A stretch of 64,000 nucleotides of DNA from an uncultured Gammaproteobacteria bacterium (GCA_964522405.1 CAZFTR010000002.1:72032-136031); one strand, 5' to 3'; positions 47,987-57,980 are shown, counted from the stretch's first letter. The notes: a model not told the origin generated them from the letters alone. Translations and numbers: made by a program.

Positions 47987-49126
47987 ATGGCATTATTTGG
48001 CAAAAAAACAGAATCATACTTAGGTGTGGATATTGGCGCGCATGGAATCAAGTTGGTTGAGCTTCGAAAAACCAAAGATCGTCCACAATTGTGGACCTAT
48101 GGAATAGTAGAAAGAGAACTGGATATACATATTTCAGCAAAAGGTGAAAAGCAAATAGGTGAATTATTGGAAGAGAAAACAGGAGTTAGTCCGCTCGAAC
48201 CAAAAGAAGAAGATCTGGATAAATCATTTTTTCAGGATAAGAGAATAGACGAGTACGCAGAGCTTCTAAAGGTATTGATGAAAGATGCAAAAGTTCAAAC
48301 CAACCGAGCAACTTCAAGTTTGCCGGTTTCTCAGGTTTTTCATACCATTATAAATTTTCCAAAAATTGAAAAAAAAGAAATAGATGAAATTGTTCATGCT
48401 GAGATAGATAAGCTCTTGCCTCGCTCAGTAGATGATATGCAGGTTGTTTATCAGCCAGTGCCTATGAGTGAAGAAGAGGAAAAAAGATATACCCGTTTGT
48501 TGGTCACAGCTGCGCCAAAAGAACTTGTTGCATTTTATACTTCAATTTTTAACAAGGCAGGACTTCAGCTCTATGAACTGGAAACTGAAGCCTTTGCCCT
48601 TGCTCGCTCATTGGTGGGAATAGACAAATCAGTATCAATTTTAATTGATATAGGAGCAGAAAGAACCAATTTTTTTATAGTGGATAGCGGATTACCAGTG
48701 ACACATAGAAGTATTCAGATTGGCGGAAATAATTTTGATGAGCTCATGGCCAGAAATCTGGCAATTCAGATTGACGACGTAAAGCAATTAAAACATGATA
48801 TATCTCGTTTTGGAAATGGAAATGTTGATATTGAGCCTTTTTTATCACTTCTGGATCCTATAGCAAAGGAAATTCAGTATAATTTTGATATTTATTTAAG
48901 ACAAGCAGGAAATCAAGGAAAAAGACCGGAGAAGATTATATTAACCGGAGGATCTTCTCTTTTTCCACCAATAAAAGCATACTTAAAAGACCTTTTTCCT
49001 TTGAAAGTTTTTGTTGGTGATCCTTGGGCAAGGGTTATTTACCAGGATGGTTTAAAAGACATTTTGGATGAAATTGGTCCGAGAATGGCGGTAAGTATTG
49101 GACTTGCTTTGAGAAATTTTAAATAG
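47987..49126 (+). CDS. pilM: type IV pilus assembly protein PilM
   Basis: Actin-like ATPase fold with N-terminal GVDIGAHGIKLVEL, at the right length. Confidence 0.8.
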   Translation: MALFGKKTESYLGVDIGAHGIKLVELRKTKDRPQLWTYGIVERELDIHISAKGEKQIGELLEEKTGVSPLEPKEEDLDKSFFQDKRIDEYAELLKVLMKDAKVQTNRATSSLPVSQVFHTIINFPKIEKKEIDEIVHAEIDKLLPRSVDDMQVVYQPVPMSEEEEKRYTRLLVTAAPKELVAFYTSIFNKAGLQLYELETEAFALARSLVGIDKSVSILIDIGAERTNFFIVDSGLPVTHRSIQIGGNNFDELMARNLAIQIDDVKQLKHDISRFGNGNVDIEPFLSLLDPIAKEIQYNFDIYLRQAGNQGKRPEKIILTGGSSLFPPIKAYLKDLFPLKVFVGDPWARVIYQDGLKDILDEIGPRMAVSIGLALRNFK

Positions 49127-49164
49127 TTTTTTTATATTTAGTTACCAATTTTTGTTGTTTAGGG

Positions 49165-49294
49165 TTCATGTCATGAAGGCAGATGAGACAATCCGCAGCT
49201 CCCTTGCTTATGTCCCTGAAAGTGGGTGCCGTGTGAGTGCTGAAAGCAGATCAGCAAGAGAGGCGAGGACGGCGAAGCTGTCTTTATGACATGA
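49165..49294. ncRNA. GC-rich element closed by an 18-bp imperfect inverted repeat; candidate structured RNA
   Basis: TTCATGTCATGAAGGCAG at 49165-49182 pairs with CTGTCTTTATGACATGAA at 49277-49294, matching in 16 of 18 positions. The core of about 95 nt is roughly 58% GC. It sits 150 nt upstream of the response-regulator gene. Confidence 0.3.
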
Positions 49295-49439
49295 AGCTCT
49301 GTATATGGAATCAATTTATAATCATATTTAAAAAAGGGTAATCAATTTCCTATCCACAAAGATTTAATTCACAAAGATCTATATCTGGCGTATAATGGAA
49401 AATGGTACTTGATATAAAAAGGTACAATTAATAATTAAT

Positions 49440-49820
49440 ATGGCAAAAGATAAGAAAACCCATATAGTATTAGTCGAGGATGATCGTTTTCTAGCTAATA
49501 TCTATAAAACAAAATTTGAAATGGAGGGTTTTAAAGTTACAGTTGAAGAAAATGGAGAGTCTGGTCTGGCTGAAATTATCAAGAAAAAACCAGACGTAGT
49601 TCTTTTGGATATTCTTCTCCCCAAGATGGATGGATTTACAGTCTTGGAAAAATTAAAAGCAGAAAGTAAAACAAAAGATATCCCGGTTATTTTGTTGACA
49701 AATTTGGGTCAAAAAGATGATGTGGATAAAGGGCTTGAAATGGGGGCTGTAGATTATTTGATAAAAGCCCATTTCAAACCATCAGAAACTGTAGAAAAAG
49801 TAAAAAAAGTATTAGTATAA
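49440..49820 (+). CDS. single-domain response regulator (CheY-like receiver)
   Basis: Receiver domain DD...D (phospho-Asp in VLLDILLP) ...K. Confidence 0.8.
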   Translation: MAKDKKTHIVLVEDDRFLANIYKTKFEMEGFKVTVEENGESGLAEIIKKKPDVVLLDILLPKMDGFTVLEKLKAESKTKDIPVILLTNLGQKDDVDKGLEMGAVDYLIKAHFKPSETVEKVKKVLV

Positions 49821-49860
49821 AAGATTTTATATATTTTCCCGCTTGAGGGGAGGTGATAAC

Positions 49861-50316
49861 ATGAAAAGATCTCTAACTCAAAATAAACAAGGTTTTACAT
49901 TGATTGAGCTTCTTGTTGTGATAGCGATCATTGCTCTTTTGTCAACTTTGGCTGTTGTGGCACTTGGTTCTGCACGTCAAAAGGCAAATGATGCTAAAAG
50001 GTTATCAGACATCAAGCAAATGCAAACAACTTTGGAGCTATATTACACAGACAATAATGCTTATCCGACAACAACTGCCCAGGGTATTACTCTTGGTTCT
50101 ACAAATGCGGCTTGTCTAAGTTCTGCCGGTTTTGCGGCAGCAGGTTGTGCAAATCCATATATGGGACAAGTTCCATCTGATCCAGGAAATAATAGTTATA
50201 CATATACAGCTACAGCCGGTACCACATATACTATTGTAGGTACACTTGAGGCTGGTGCAGCTAATCTGAACGCAGGTGCTGTACAAGCAACACCATCTGG
50301 AATTGCTAACCAGTAA
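49861..50316 (+). CDS. type IV pilin (prepilin-type N-terminal cleavage/methylation domain)
   Basis: KQGFTLIELLVVIAIIALL class III signal peptide. GGAGGTGA Shine-Dalgarno sequence 5 nt upstream of the ATG at 49861. Confidence 0.8.
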   Translation: MKRSLTQNKQGFTLIELLVVIAIIALLSTLAVVALGSARQKANDAKRLSDIKQMQTTLELYYTDNNAYPTTTAQGITLGSTNAACLSSAGFAAAGCANPYMGQVPSDPGNNSYTYTATAGTTYTIVGTLEAGAANLNAGAVQATPSGIANQ

Positions 50317-50337
50317 TTGGTGAAATATAGATTCAAA

Positions 50338-50372
50338 AATGCTCTCCCGCGCGGGGGCATTTTTGTTTTGGT
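50338..50372 (+). terminator. intrinsic terminator after the pilin gene
   Basis: ctcccgcgcggggg GC-rich palindrome followed by catttttgttttg. Confidence 0.6.
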
Positions 50373-50478
50373 GCATTATGCCGAGTGGGAGTATGTGGTA
50401 TAATAAGGGTATTCGGATTTACGGATAAATCCTGATTATCCGGATATCTGCATATAATCTCTAAATCCGAAGCAATTT

Positions 50479-51255
50479 ATGTTACCAATCTATACACTTA
50501 CTTTTGTTTTAGGGCTAATCCTGGGTAGTTTTTTGAATGCTTGTATTTGGCGTACAAAAAATCAAAAAAGAGTTACAAGAGGCAGATCACAGTGCATTCA
50601 TTGCGATATACAAATTAGAGCGATAGATAATATACCGGTACTTAGTTATGTTTTGTTGTGTGGTAAATGTAGAGAATGCAAAGGTAAGATCCCGATTTCT
50701 TATCTTTTGGTTGAGTTGTGGATGGGCTTGGCTTTTTTGTTTGTGCTTATCTATCACATCTTAAATCCCAGCGATACTATTTTACTGCATAGTTTGAGAG
50801 ATATGTATATTATTTGGCTGCTTAGCTATATATTTGTCTATGATTTACTGTATATGGAAGTGTTGGATAGTGTAACCCTTGCTGGCGCAGCTCTGATTTT
50901 TATAACCTCATTGATTTACGGTTGGAATACTTGGACAAATATGCTTTTTGCAGCGGTTATTGGCTCGGGTTTCTTTTTATTTCAGTTTGTAGTTTCAAAA
51001 GGAAAATGGATCGGAGGCGGAGATATAAGAATTGGTCTCTTGATGGGTATTATTCTGGGCTGGCCTAAAATTATTTTAGGATTATTTTTAGCATATATAA
51101 TTGGGGCGGTTATCAGTGTTTTGTTGATTTTATTAAGAAAAAGACATTTGGCAGATAAAACTGCTTTTGGAACTTATCTGACACTGGCTACTTTTATTGC
51201 AATGTTTTGGGGTACAAGTATAATAGAGTGGTATTTAGGATTAGTTGGTTTTTAA
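50479..51255 (+). CDS. pilD: prepilin peptidase (A24 family)
   Basis: N-terminal CxxC...CxxC zinc motif (CIHC...CGKCREC) and a polytopic peptidase A24 domain. Confidence 0.8.
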   Translation: MLPIYTLTFVLGLILGSFLNACIWRTKNQKRVTRGRSQCIHCDIQIRAIDNIPVLSYVLLCGKCRECKGKIPISYLLVELWMGLAFLFVLIYHILNPSDTILLHSLRDMYIIWLLSYIFVYDLLYMEVLDSVTLAGAALIFITSLIYGWNTWTNMLFAAVIGSGFFLFQFVVSKGKWIGGGDIRIGLLMGIILGWPKIILGLFLAYIIGAVISVLLILLRKRHLADKTAFGTYLTLATFIAMFWGTSIIEWYLGLVGF

Positions 51256-51259
51256 TTTT

Positions 51260-53281
51260 ATGTCGGATCAGGAATTAAAAAAACAAGTTAAGCGACTAAG
51301 AGAGCAGATAAGTGATTTGAGATATAAATATCATGTTCTTAATGATCCTGCAGTTACTGATAAAATGTATGAAGGCTTAATGGATGAACTGAGAAAAATT
51401 GAAGAAAAATATCCTGAGCTGATTACATCTGACTCTCCGACACAGCGGGTATCAGGAACCCCGCTCGATAAATTTCAAAAAGTGCAACATACTGTTCCTC
51501 AATGGTCTTTTAATGATGCTTTTACCAAGGAAGACTTGGAAAATTGGCAAGAAAGAATCTATAAGTTTTTAGAGAAAAAATTAGGTAGTCGTCCAAGTGA
51601 TCTCAATTTTAGCACTGAACTTAAAATTGATGGTTTACATATTGTTTTGACCTATAAAAATGGATTATTGCAAACTGCTGCAACTCGAGGTGATGGAAAA
51701 ACAGGGGAAGATGTAACTCAGAATATCAGAACCATTCATTCGGTTCCTATCAAATTAAGAGAGCAGATTGATCTTATTGCCGAGGGAGAAGTATGGATGG
51801 GAACTAAAATGTTTAATAAGATAAACCAAGAAAGAGAAAAAAAAGGAGAAGCTCTTTATGCTAATCCTAGAAATATTGCCGCAGGGACTATCAGGCAACT
51901 TGATTCGCGAGTTGTGGCAAAACGCAAGCTTTCACTGACTGCTTATGATATTTCTGACGGAGAAATTCCAGAGACCCAGGAAGAAGAGTTAAAAAAATTA
52001 AAAAAACTAGGTTTCCCTACAGGAAATGATTGGAAAGTTTGTAAAAATCTCAATCAAGTTATTGATTTTTGGAAAAAATGGGAGAAAAAGAAAACTTCAA
52101 AGGAATTTTGGATTGATGGCGTAGTAGTTAAAGTTAATCAAAAAAAATATCAGGATTTGCTAGGGTTTACAGGAAAAGCTCCAAGATGGGCACTGGCTCT
52201 TAAATTTACTGCAGAGCAGGGAACTACCAAAATAAAAGATATATATGTTCAGGTTGGAAGAACAGGAGCCCTTACGCCTGTTGCGCTTTTGGAGCCGGTA
52301 CAATTAGCCGGCAGTACAGTAACTCATGCAACTTTACATAATTTTGAAGAAATAGAGCGTTTGGGTGTAAGAGTGGGTGATACTGTGGTGGTAGAGAAAG
52401 CAGGAGATATAATTCCCAAGATTGTCAGGGTTTTGGAAAAAATGCGTACTGGAAAAGAGAAAAAATTCAAAACCATAGAAAAATGTCCAATTTGCGGTGC
52501 ACAAGCTGAAAAAAGAAAGATTAGTGATAAGAAAAAAGAAACTTCTGCTGCGCTTTTTTGTACAAATTCAAAATGTTATGCTCAAGAACTTAGAAGAATT
52601 AATCATTTTGTTTCAAAACATGCTTTTAATATTGATGGTTTAGGAAAGAAAATAGTTGAACAATTGGTAAATGAAGGATTGATAAAAAATACTGCAGATA
52701 TTCTCACTTTGACACAGGGTGATCTTGAGCCGTTGGAGAGGTTTGCAGAAAAATCAGCTGAAAATTTAATTAAAGCGATCGGAGACTCAAAAGAAATTTC
52801 ATTTTCCAGATTTATTTATGCTCTTGGAATTCATCATGTTGGAGAAGAAACAGCAATTGCTCTTGCAGAATATTTTGGAAGTCTAGAAAGATTAAGAAAA
52901 GCCTCAAGAGAAGATTTAGAGCAGATTCAGGATGTTGGACCAAATGTTTCTGAGTCAATTATTAATTATTTTATTAATAGAGAAAGTGTGGAATTAGTTG
53001 AGGATCTTTTGAAAAATGGGGTTAAGATCAAAAAACAAGAAATTAAAAAACAAGATAGGAAATTTACTGGAAAAACTTTTGTTTTAACCGGGACTCTAGA
53101 AAAAATGACTAGAGACGAGGCAAAAAATTTAATTAGAGAAATGGGTGGATCTGTTTCAGGATCAGTTAGTAAAAATACTGATTTTGTGGTTGTGGGCAGT
53201 GATCCGGGAAGTAAATATGAAAAAGCAAAGAAACTAGATGTGGAAATACTTTCTGAACAGGAATTTATAAAGAAATTATAA
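51260..53281 (+). CDS. ligA: NAD-dependent DNA ligase
   Basis: KIDG adenylation motif (ELKIDGLHIV), OB fold, Zn finger (CPICG), HhH repeats and a C-terminal BRCT domain. Confidence 0.9.
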   Translation: MSDQELKKQVKRLREQISDLRYKYHVLNDPAVTDKMYEGLMDELRKIEEKYPELITSDSPTQRVSGTPLDKFQKVQHTVPQWSFNDAFTKEDLENWQERIYKFLEKKLGSRPSDLNFSTELKIDGLHIVLTYKNGLLQTAATRGDGKTGEDVTQNIRTIHSVPIKLREQIDLIAEGEVWMGTKMFNKINQEREKKGEALYANPRNIAAGTIRQLDSRVVAKRKLSLTAYDISDGEIPETQEEELKKLKKLGFPTGNDWKVCKNLNQVIDFWKKWEKKKTSKEFWIDGVVVKVNQKKYQDLLGFTGKAPRWALALKFTAEQGTTKIKDIYVQVGRTGALTPVALLEPVQLAGSTVTHATLHNFEEIERLGVRVGDTVVVEKAGDIIPKIVRVLEKMRTGKEKKFKTIEKCPICGAQAEKRKISDKKKETSAALFCTNSKCYAQELRRINHFVSKHAFNIDGLGKKIVEQLVNEGLIKNTADILTLTQGDLEPLERFAEKSAENLIKAIGDSKEISFSRFIYALGIHHVGEETAIALAEYFGSLERLRKASREDLEQIQDVGPNVSESIINYFINRESVELVEDLLKNGVKIKKQEIKKQDRKFTGKTFVLTGTLEKMTRDEAKNLIREMGGSVSGSVSKNTDFVVVGSDPGSKYEKAKKLDVEILSEQEFIKKL

Positions 53282-53310
53282 AAAGCCCTTTAAGAGGCTT
53301 CTGGGAATGT

Positions 53311-53398
53311 GCCTTACTCGCAGTATAATTCCCCCGAGCGAATTGGGAGTATCACCTTCCTGGTGATGGCAGAGAAAGGGATTTACTGCGAGTAAGGC
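53311..53398. ncRNA. 88-bp GC-rich element closed by perfect 15-bp terminal inverted repeats
   Basis: GCCTTACTCGCAGTA at 53311-53325 and TACTGCGAGTAAGGC at 53384-53398. It lies between the ligA terminator and the gatC promoter. Confidence 0.3.
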
Positions 53399-53464
53399 CT
53401 GATTAAATTATCAGGTTGTTGCTTATTTGTCAAAAATTGGCTTTTCTAGTAAACTTAAGACAAT

Positions 53465-53758
53465 ATGGCTCTATCTATTGAACAAATTGAGCAGATTTCA
53501 GTTCTGGCTAGACTTAGCTTAACTGAAGAAGAAAAAAAACAATATGCGGAACAACTTTCCGTTGTTTTAGATTATATTGAAGTTTTGAATGAAGTGGATA
53601 CAGAAGGTGTTCCTGAGACTTCTCAAGTTACAGGTCTAGAAGATATTGTACGCGAAGATCAAGTAATTGATATTCCAGAAGATATAAAACAGAAATTAAT
53701 TGAAAGTTTTCCAGGCCAGAAAGGAAATTTACTAAAAGTAAAAGCGGTTTTTGAGTAG
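53465..53758 (+). CDS. gatC: Asp-tRNA(Asn)/Glu-tRNA(Gln) amidotransferase subunit C
   Basis: 97 aa, LSLTEEEKKQYAEQLSVVLDYIEVL. Confidence 0.85.
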   Translation: MALSIEQIEQISVLARLSLTEEEKKQYAEQLSVVLDYIEVLNEVDTEGVPETSQVTGLEDIVREDQVIDIPEDIKQKLIESFPGQKGNLLKVKAVFE

Positions 53759-53761
53759 ATT

Positions 53762-55189
53762 ATGAATTTGAATCAACTTACAATTAGTCAAGCAGTGAAA
53801 GGTCTTTTAAAAAAAGATTTTTCTTCTGTTGAAATTACCCAGGCTTGTTTGGATAGAATTAGTGAAAGAAACGGAGAGGTAAATGCCTTTATTACAATTA
53901 CAGAAGAGCTAGCTCTCGAAGAAGCCAAAAAAGCAGATCAAAGTATTTCAAGTGGAAAGGCAGAAAAATTAACTGGGATTCCTTTTTGTGTAAAAGACGC
54001 AATTTGTACTGAGGGCATTCGTTCGACCGGTGGTGCAAAAGTTTTGGATAATTACCAACCACCCTATCAGTCAACAGTTATTTCAAAAATAAGAGAGCAG
54101 GGTGCAGTTTTGCTTGGAAAAAATAATTGTGATGCTTTTGGGCATGGCGCCAGTAATGAAAATTCAATGTATGGTCCGGTAAAAAATCCACATGATCTTA
54201 CCAAGGTGGCTGGTGGATCAAGTGGTGGTTCTGCTGCTGCGGTTGCAGACGGTATGGCTCTGTTTTCTATTGGAGAAGATACTGGAGGTTCTATTCGTCA
54301 ACCTGCATCTCTGTGTGGTGTTTATGGATTAAGGCCCAGTTATGGTAGAAATTCCAGATATGGAATTATGCCTATGGCCAGCTCACTAGATACTGTTGGA
54401 CCAATGGCCAGATCTGTTGAAGATATTGCTCTTTTGGCGGAAATTATGGCAGGGCAAGATCTCAATGACGCTACTACTATTCCGGATCATGTACCAAACT
54501 ATACTGAGGAAATTAAAAAATTACCAAAAGGAATGAAAATCGGTATTCCAGAGGAATATTTTAATATAGAAGGAATGGATAGTGAAACCAGAGAAATTGT
54601 TGAGAAGAAAATTCAATCTCTAAAAGATTTGGGCTGTGAGTTGAAACAAGTTTCACTTCCATACACCAAATACGCTATTCCGGTTTATTATATTGTGGTT
54701 CCTAGTGAAGATAGTTCCAACTTAGCCAGACTTGATGGGATCAGGTACGGGGTTCGTGAACAGGCTGCTGACCTATATACAACTTATGCTGACTCTAGAT
54801 CTGCTGGCTTTCCTGAGGAAGTAAAAAGAAGAATTATGATTGGGACTTATGCGCTTTCTGCCGGCTATTATGATGCCTATTATCGCAAAGCTCAAAAAGT
54901 TCGAACTTTGATTGTTCGAGATTTTGAAAGAATCTTTCAGGAAGTTGATTTGTTGGTCACACCAACATCACCATATCCAGCTTTTGATCTTGGTGCAAAA
55001 AAAGACGATGTGTTGGCAATGTATCTAGCAGATGTCTTTACCACTCCTGCTTCAGTGGCTGGAATTCCAGGTTTAAGTGTTCCGGTTGGAGATACTAAGG
55101 CGGGTTTACCAGTTGGTCTGCAAATTATTGGGCCAAGACTTGCTGAATCAAAAGTTTTTCAGCTTGGATTTGGAATTGAAAATATTTAG
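53762..55189 (+). CDS. gatA: Asp-tRNA(Asn)/Glu-tRNA(Gln) amidotransferase subunit A
   Basis: Amidase signature GGSSGGSAAAVA and catalytic Ser-cisSer-Lys context. Confidence 0.9.
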   Translation: MNLNQLTISQAVKGLLKKDFSSVEITQACLDRISERNGEVNAFITITEELALEEAKKADQSISSGKAEKLTGIPFCVKDAICTEGIRSTGGAKVLDNYQPPYQSTVISKIREQGAVLLGKNNCDAFGHGASNENSMYGPVKNPHDLTKVAGGSSGGSAAAVADGMALFSIGEDTGGSIRQPASLCGVYGLRPSYGRNSRYGIMPMASSLDTVGPMARSVEDIALLAEIMAGQDLNDATTIPDHVPNYTEEIKKLPKGMKIGIPEEYFNIEGMDSETREIVEKKIQSLKDLGCELKQVSLPYTKYAIPVYYIVVPSEDSSNLARLDGIRYGVREQAADLYTTYADSRSAGFPEEVKRRIMIGTYALSAGYYDAYYRKAQKVRTLIVRDFERIFQEVDLLVTPTSPYPAFDLGAKKDDVLAMYLADVFTTPASVAGIPGLSVPVGDTKAGLPVGLQIIGPRLAESKVFQLGFGIENI

Positions 55190-55190
55190 T

Positions 55191-55616
55191 ATGGACAGGA
55201 AAAAAGTAGATGGAAGTTCAATTGCGCATTCTGGTTTGCTTGGTTTACGTCATCAGGATGAATTGAAAAAAGTACATAGAGCAGAAAGAATTGATAGGCT
55301 TGAGCAGCGAAGTTTAACTAATGCTCAAGAAATAGAAAATCTCCAAGGTGCTATAGTTGAATTTGAAGATGGTTTATTACCGGAAATTAATAAATTAATT
55401 GCAGAAGTTCCAACACTTCAGGGAGACCAAGCACAAAGAGAGCAAACAGAGCAGGATTTAGCAGGTTTGGTTGAGGAAAGAGATGGAGTTTTGGATTATC
55501 TAAGAAATGCAAGAATTAGAATTACGGTATTACAGGCTGAGATTGATACTAATAATAAATTGATAGCGAGAATAAAAGAAAAGAATTTGGAAGACCAAAA
55601 AGTAGATCAAAATTAA
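55191..55616 (+). CDS. hypothetical coiled-coil protein (141 aa)
   Basis: The start is set at MDRKKVDG directly after the gatA stop. The longer 55077 ORF overlaps gatA and was rejected. Confidence 0.4.
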   Translation: MDRKKVDGSSIAHSGLLGLRHQDELKKVHRAERIDRLEQRSLTNAQEIENLQGAIVEFEDGLLPEINKLIAEVPTLQGDQAQREQTEQDLAGLVEERDGVLDYLRNARIRITVLQAEIDTNNKLIARIKEKNLEDQKVDQN

Positions 55617-55631
55617 TTTTAAAAAATTTCT

Positions 55632-56990
55632 ATGAGGGAAGAAACAATAAAAAAAATCGAAGAACAAGCTGAAATGGATACAACCTACAAGATGAATGAA
55701 TCAGGCGATTATAGAGAGGCCTGGAGAATTTTTCGTATTATGTCTGAGTTTGTAGAAGGTTATCAGTTTTTGAGTTCATTTCAAAGAGAAGTTACAATTC
55801 TTGGTTCAGCCAGAACAGAAAAAGATGATAGATATTACAAAGATGCTCGAGCTTTTGGAAAATTACTGGCAGAAAACAAATTCACTACGATCACAGGTGG
55901 TGGTCCGGGAATTATGGAAGCTGCAAATCAGGGTGCTGATGAGGGTGGGGGAGAATCAGTAGGTTTAAATATTCAACTTCCATTTGAACAGCGAGTAAAT
56001 CCATATGTTCATAAATCAACTGCTTTTTATTACTTCTTTACCAGAAAAGTAATGCTGACTGCACCTGCACATGCTTTTGTGTTTTTTCCAGGAGGTTTTG
56101 GAACTATGGATGAGTTTTTTGAGGTCGTTGATCATATACATCTGGGGAAAATGTGTGAAGTTCCAATAGTCCTCTACGGAAGTGATTATTGGACTCCAAT
56201 TTTGAATTTCTTAAAAGAGGGTGGTTGTAAAATGGTTGGTTCTCTTCGTGAAGAAAATATGAAAAATTGGCAAGTTGTAGATACACCTGAAGAAGCACTA
56301 CAAGCAATTGAACATGATGATAAGCAGCATAATGATTGCGAGCTTGGTGCGATCAATTTTCATAGTAAGCAAAAAGTCGATTGGAGAGTTTTTCGAATAA
56401 TGGCAGAGTTGGTTGATGGCTTTGAATTTTTAACCGGTCTAGTTGATGATGTTACTATTCTTGGTACTAGAAGTGTTGAAGTTGGTAGTGATTATTATAA
56501 TTCATCATTGGAATTGGGCAGGAAGCTAGCTGAAGATGGATATGCAATTGTAACCGGTGGAGCTTCTGGAATTGCTGAGGCAGCAAACAGGGGTGCATTT
56601 GAAGTGGGTGGAGAGTCAATTGGTATTGGTATGGAAGTTAGAGGTAAGCAAATGATGAACCAATATATAAATAAATCAATCATGTTTAAATTTCCATTTA
56701 CTCGTAAATTGATCGTAACTTCACCATCAAAGTCTTTTGTATTTTTTCCAGGAGGTTTTGGAACAATGCATCAGTTGTTTGAAGTTTTGACTTTGATTCA
56801 GACCAAAAAAATGCCTAAACTACCTATTATTTTGTTTGATAGTAATTTCTGGGGTCCTCTTGAAAAAATATTAAAGGAAAAATTTATTGATGAATTTAAA
56901 ACTATAAGTCCTACAGATGAAGAATTGTATACTGTGGTAGATGATGTTGATGAGATAGTTAGTATTGTTAATGGATTTAGGAAGAAATAG
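55632..56990 (+). CDS. tandem-duplicated LOG family protein (two TIGR00730-type Rossmann domains fused)
   Basis: GGGPGIMEAANQGA and PGGFGTMDEFFEV in the first half are repeated as GGASGIAEAANRGA and PGGFGTMHQLFEV in the second half. Confidence 0.75.
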   Translation: MREETIKKIEEQAEMDTTYKMNESGDYREAWRIFRIMSEFVEGYQFLSSFQREVTILGSARTEKDDRYYKDARAFGKLLAENKFTTITGGGPGIMEAANQGADEGGGESVGLNIQLPFEQRVNPYVHKSTAFYYFFTRKVMLTAPAHAFVFFPGGFGTMDEFFEVVDHIHLGKMCEVPIVLYGSDYWTPILNFLKEGGCKMVGSLREENMKNWQVVDTPEEALQAIEHDDKQHNDCELGAINFHSKQKVDWRVFRIMAELVDGFEFLTGLVDDVTILGTRSVEVGSDYYNSSLELGRKLAEDGYAIVTGGASGIAEAANRGAFEVGGESIGIGMEVRGKQMMNQYINKSIMFKFPFTRKLIVTSPSKSFVFFPGGFGTMHQLFEVLTLIQTKKMPKLPIILFDSNFWGPLEKILKEKFIDEFKTISPTDEELYTVVDDVDEIVSIVNGFRKK

Positions 56991-57106
56991 ATTATAGTTT
57001 ACAGATGACAGTTAATAGTTAATGAATGTTGTTACATTTTGTTAACTAATAACTGTAAACTACCAACTGTAAACTACCAACTGTAAACTACCAACTGTAA
57101 ACTAAT

Positions 57107-57874
57107 ATGATCCCATGGTTTCAATATAATGTTGTTTATTTAGGTCCTCTGCCCCTTCAGGTTTGGGGATTTTTTGTTGCTTGTGGAATAGCTTTGTCAT
57201 TGATTTTATTATATAGATTTGGAAAGAAAAAAGGATTTGACCCGAGTCAATTATTGGATCATGCAGTTTGGATTATTATCGTCGGATTGATTTTTTCCAG
57301 AATTTTTCATATTGTTTTTTATGAGCCTGCGTTTTATATTTCCAATCCGCTAGAAATAATTAAAATATGGCATGGTGGTTTATCATCTTATGGTGGTTTT
57401 GTGGGTGCTATTATTGGATTTTTTCTATTTGCCAAAAAGCGAAAAATTGATAGGAAAAAGTTTTTAAAAATCTCAGACTTAGTTGGTTGGACAGCCATTT
57501 TTGGTTGGATTATCGCTAGGGTTGGTTGTTTTATGATACATGATCATATGGGGAAACCTTGTGATTGTTTTTTAGCTATAAATACACCTGATGGACCTCG
57601 GCTGGAAATGGCTTTTCTTGAAATTTTGGCGCTTTTGCCTTTGGCAATTTTATTTATATTTCTTAGAAACAAAAAAATGCCTGAGGGATGGTTTATTTCA
57701 GTTTTAGCCATATATTACGGTATTACCAGATTTGTGTTAGATTTTTTCCGAGCAACAGATATTGCTCAGGCTGATGCGCGTTATTTTGGATTGACACCAG
57801 CTCAATATTTTAGTATGGTTGCCTTTGGTTTTGGGGTGTATATGTATTCCAAAATCAAAAAAAGAAAAAAGTAG
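57107..57874 (+). CDS. lgt: prolipoprotein diacylglyceryl transferase
   Basis: Lgt signature GGLSSYGGF, polytopic, 255 aa. Confidence 0.85.
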   Translation: MIPWFQYNVVYLGPLPLQVWGFFVACGIALSLILLYRFGKKKGFDPSQLLDHAVWIIIVGLIFSRIFHIVFYEPAFYISNPLEIIKIWHGGLSSYGGFVGAIIGFFLFAKKRKIDRKKFLKISDLVGWTAIFGWIIARVGCFMIHDHMGKPCDCFLAINTPDGPRLEMAFLEILALLPLAILFIFLRNKKMPEGWFISVLAIYYGITRFVLDFFRATDIAQADARYFGLTPAQYFSMVAFGFGVYMYSKIKKRKK

Positions 57875-57892
57875 GTTTAGAAAATCCAATAG

Positions 57893-57980
57893 GGAAGGTT
57901 CGCATAGAGGTCTAGTGCGCTGCCTTGGAAAGGCAGTATATCGCAAGGTATCGAGGGTTCGAATCCCTCACCTTCCGCCA
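57893..57980 (+). tRNA. tRNA-Ser (anticodon GGA), class II with long variable arm, CCA encoded
   Basis: Acceptor GGAAGGT pairs with ACCTTCC, then G and CCA. Anticodon stem-loop CTGCC-TTGGAAA-GGCAG gives GGA, and the T-arm is GAGGG-TTCGAAT-CCCTC. Total 88 nt. Confidence 0.85.

Noticed and set aside
55077-55190. 5' part of ORF 55077..55616 overlapping the end of gatA
   Set aside because: The overlap with gatA is in a different frame. The start was reassigned to ATG 55191 immediately after the gatA stop.
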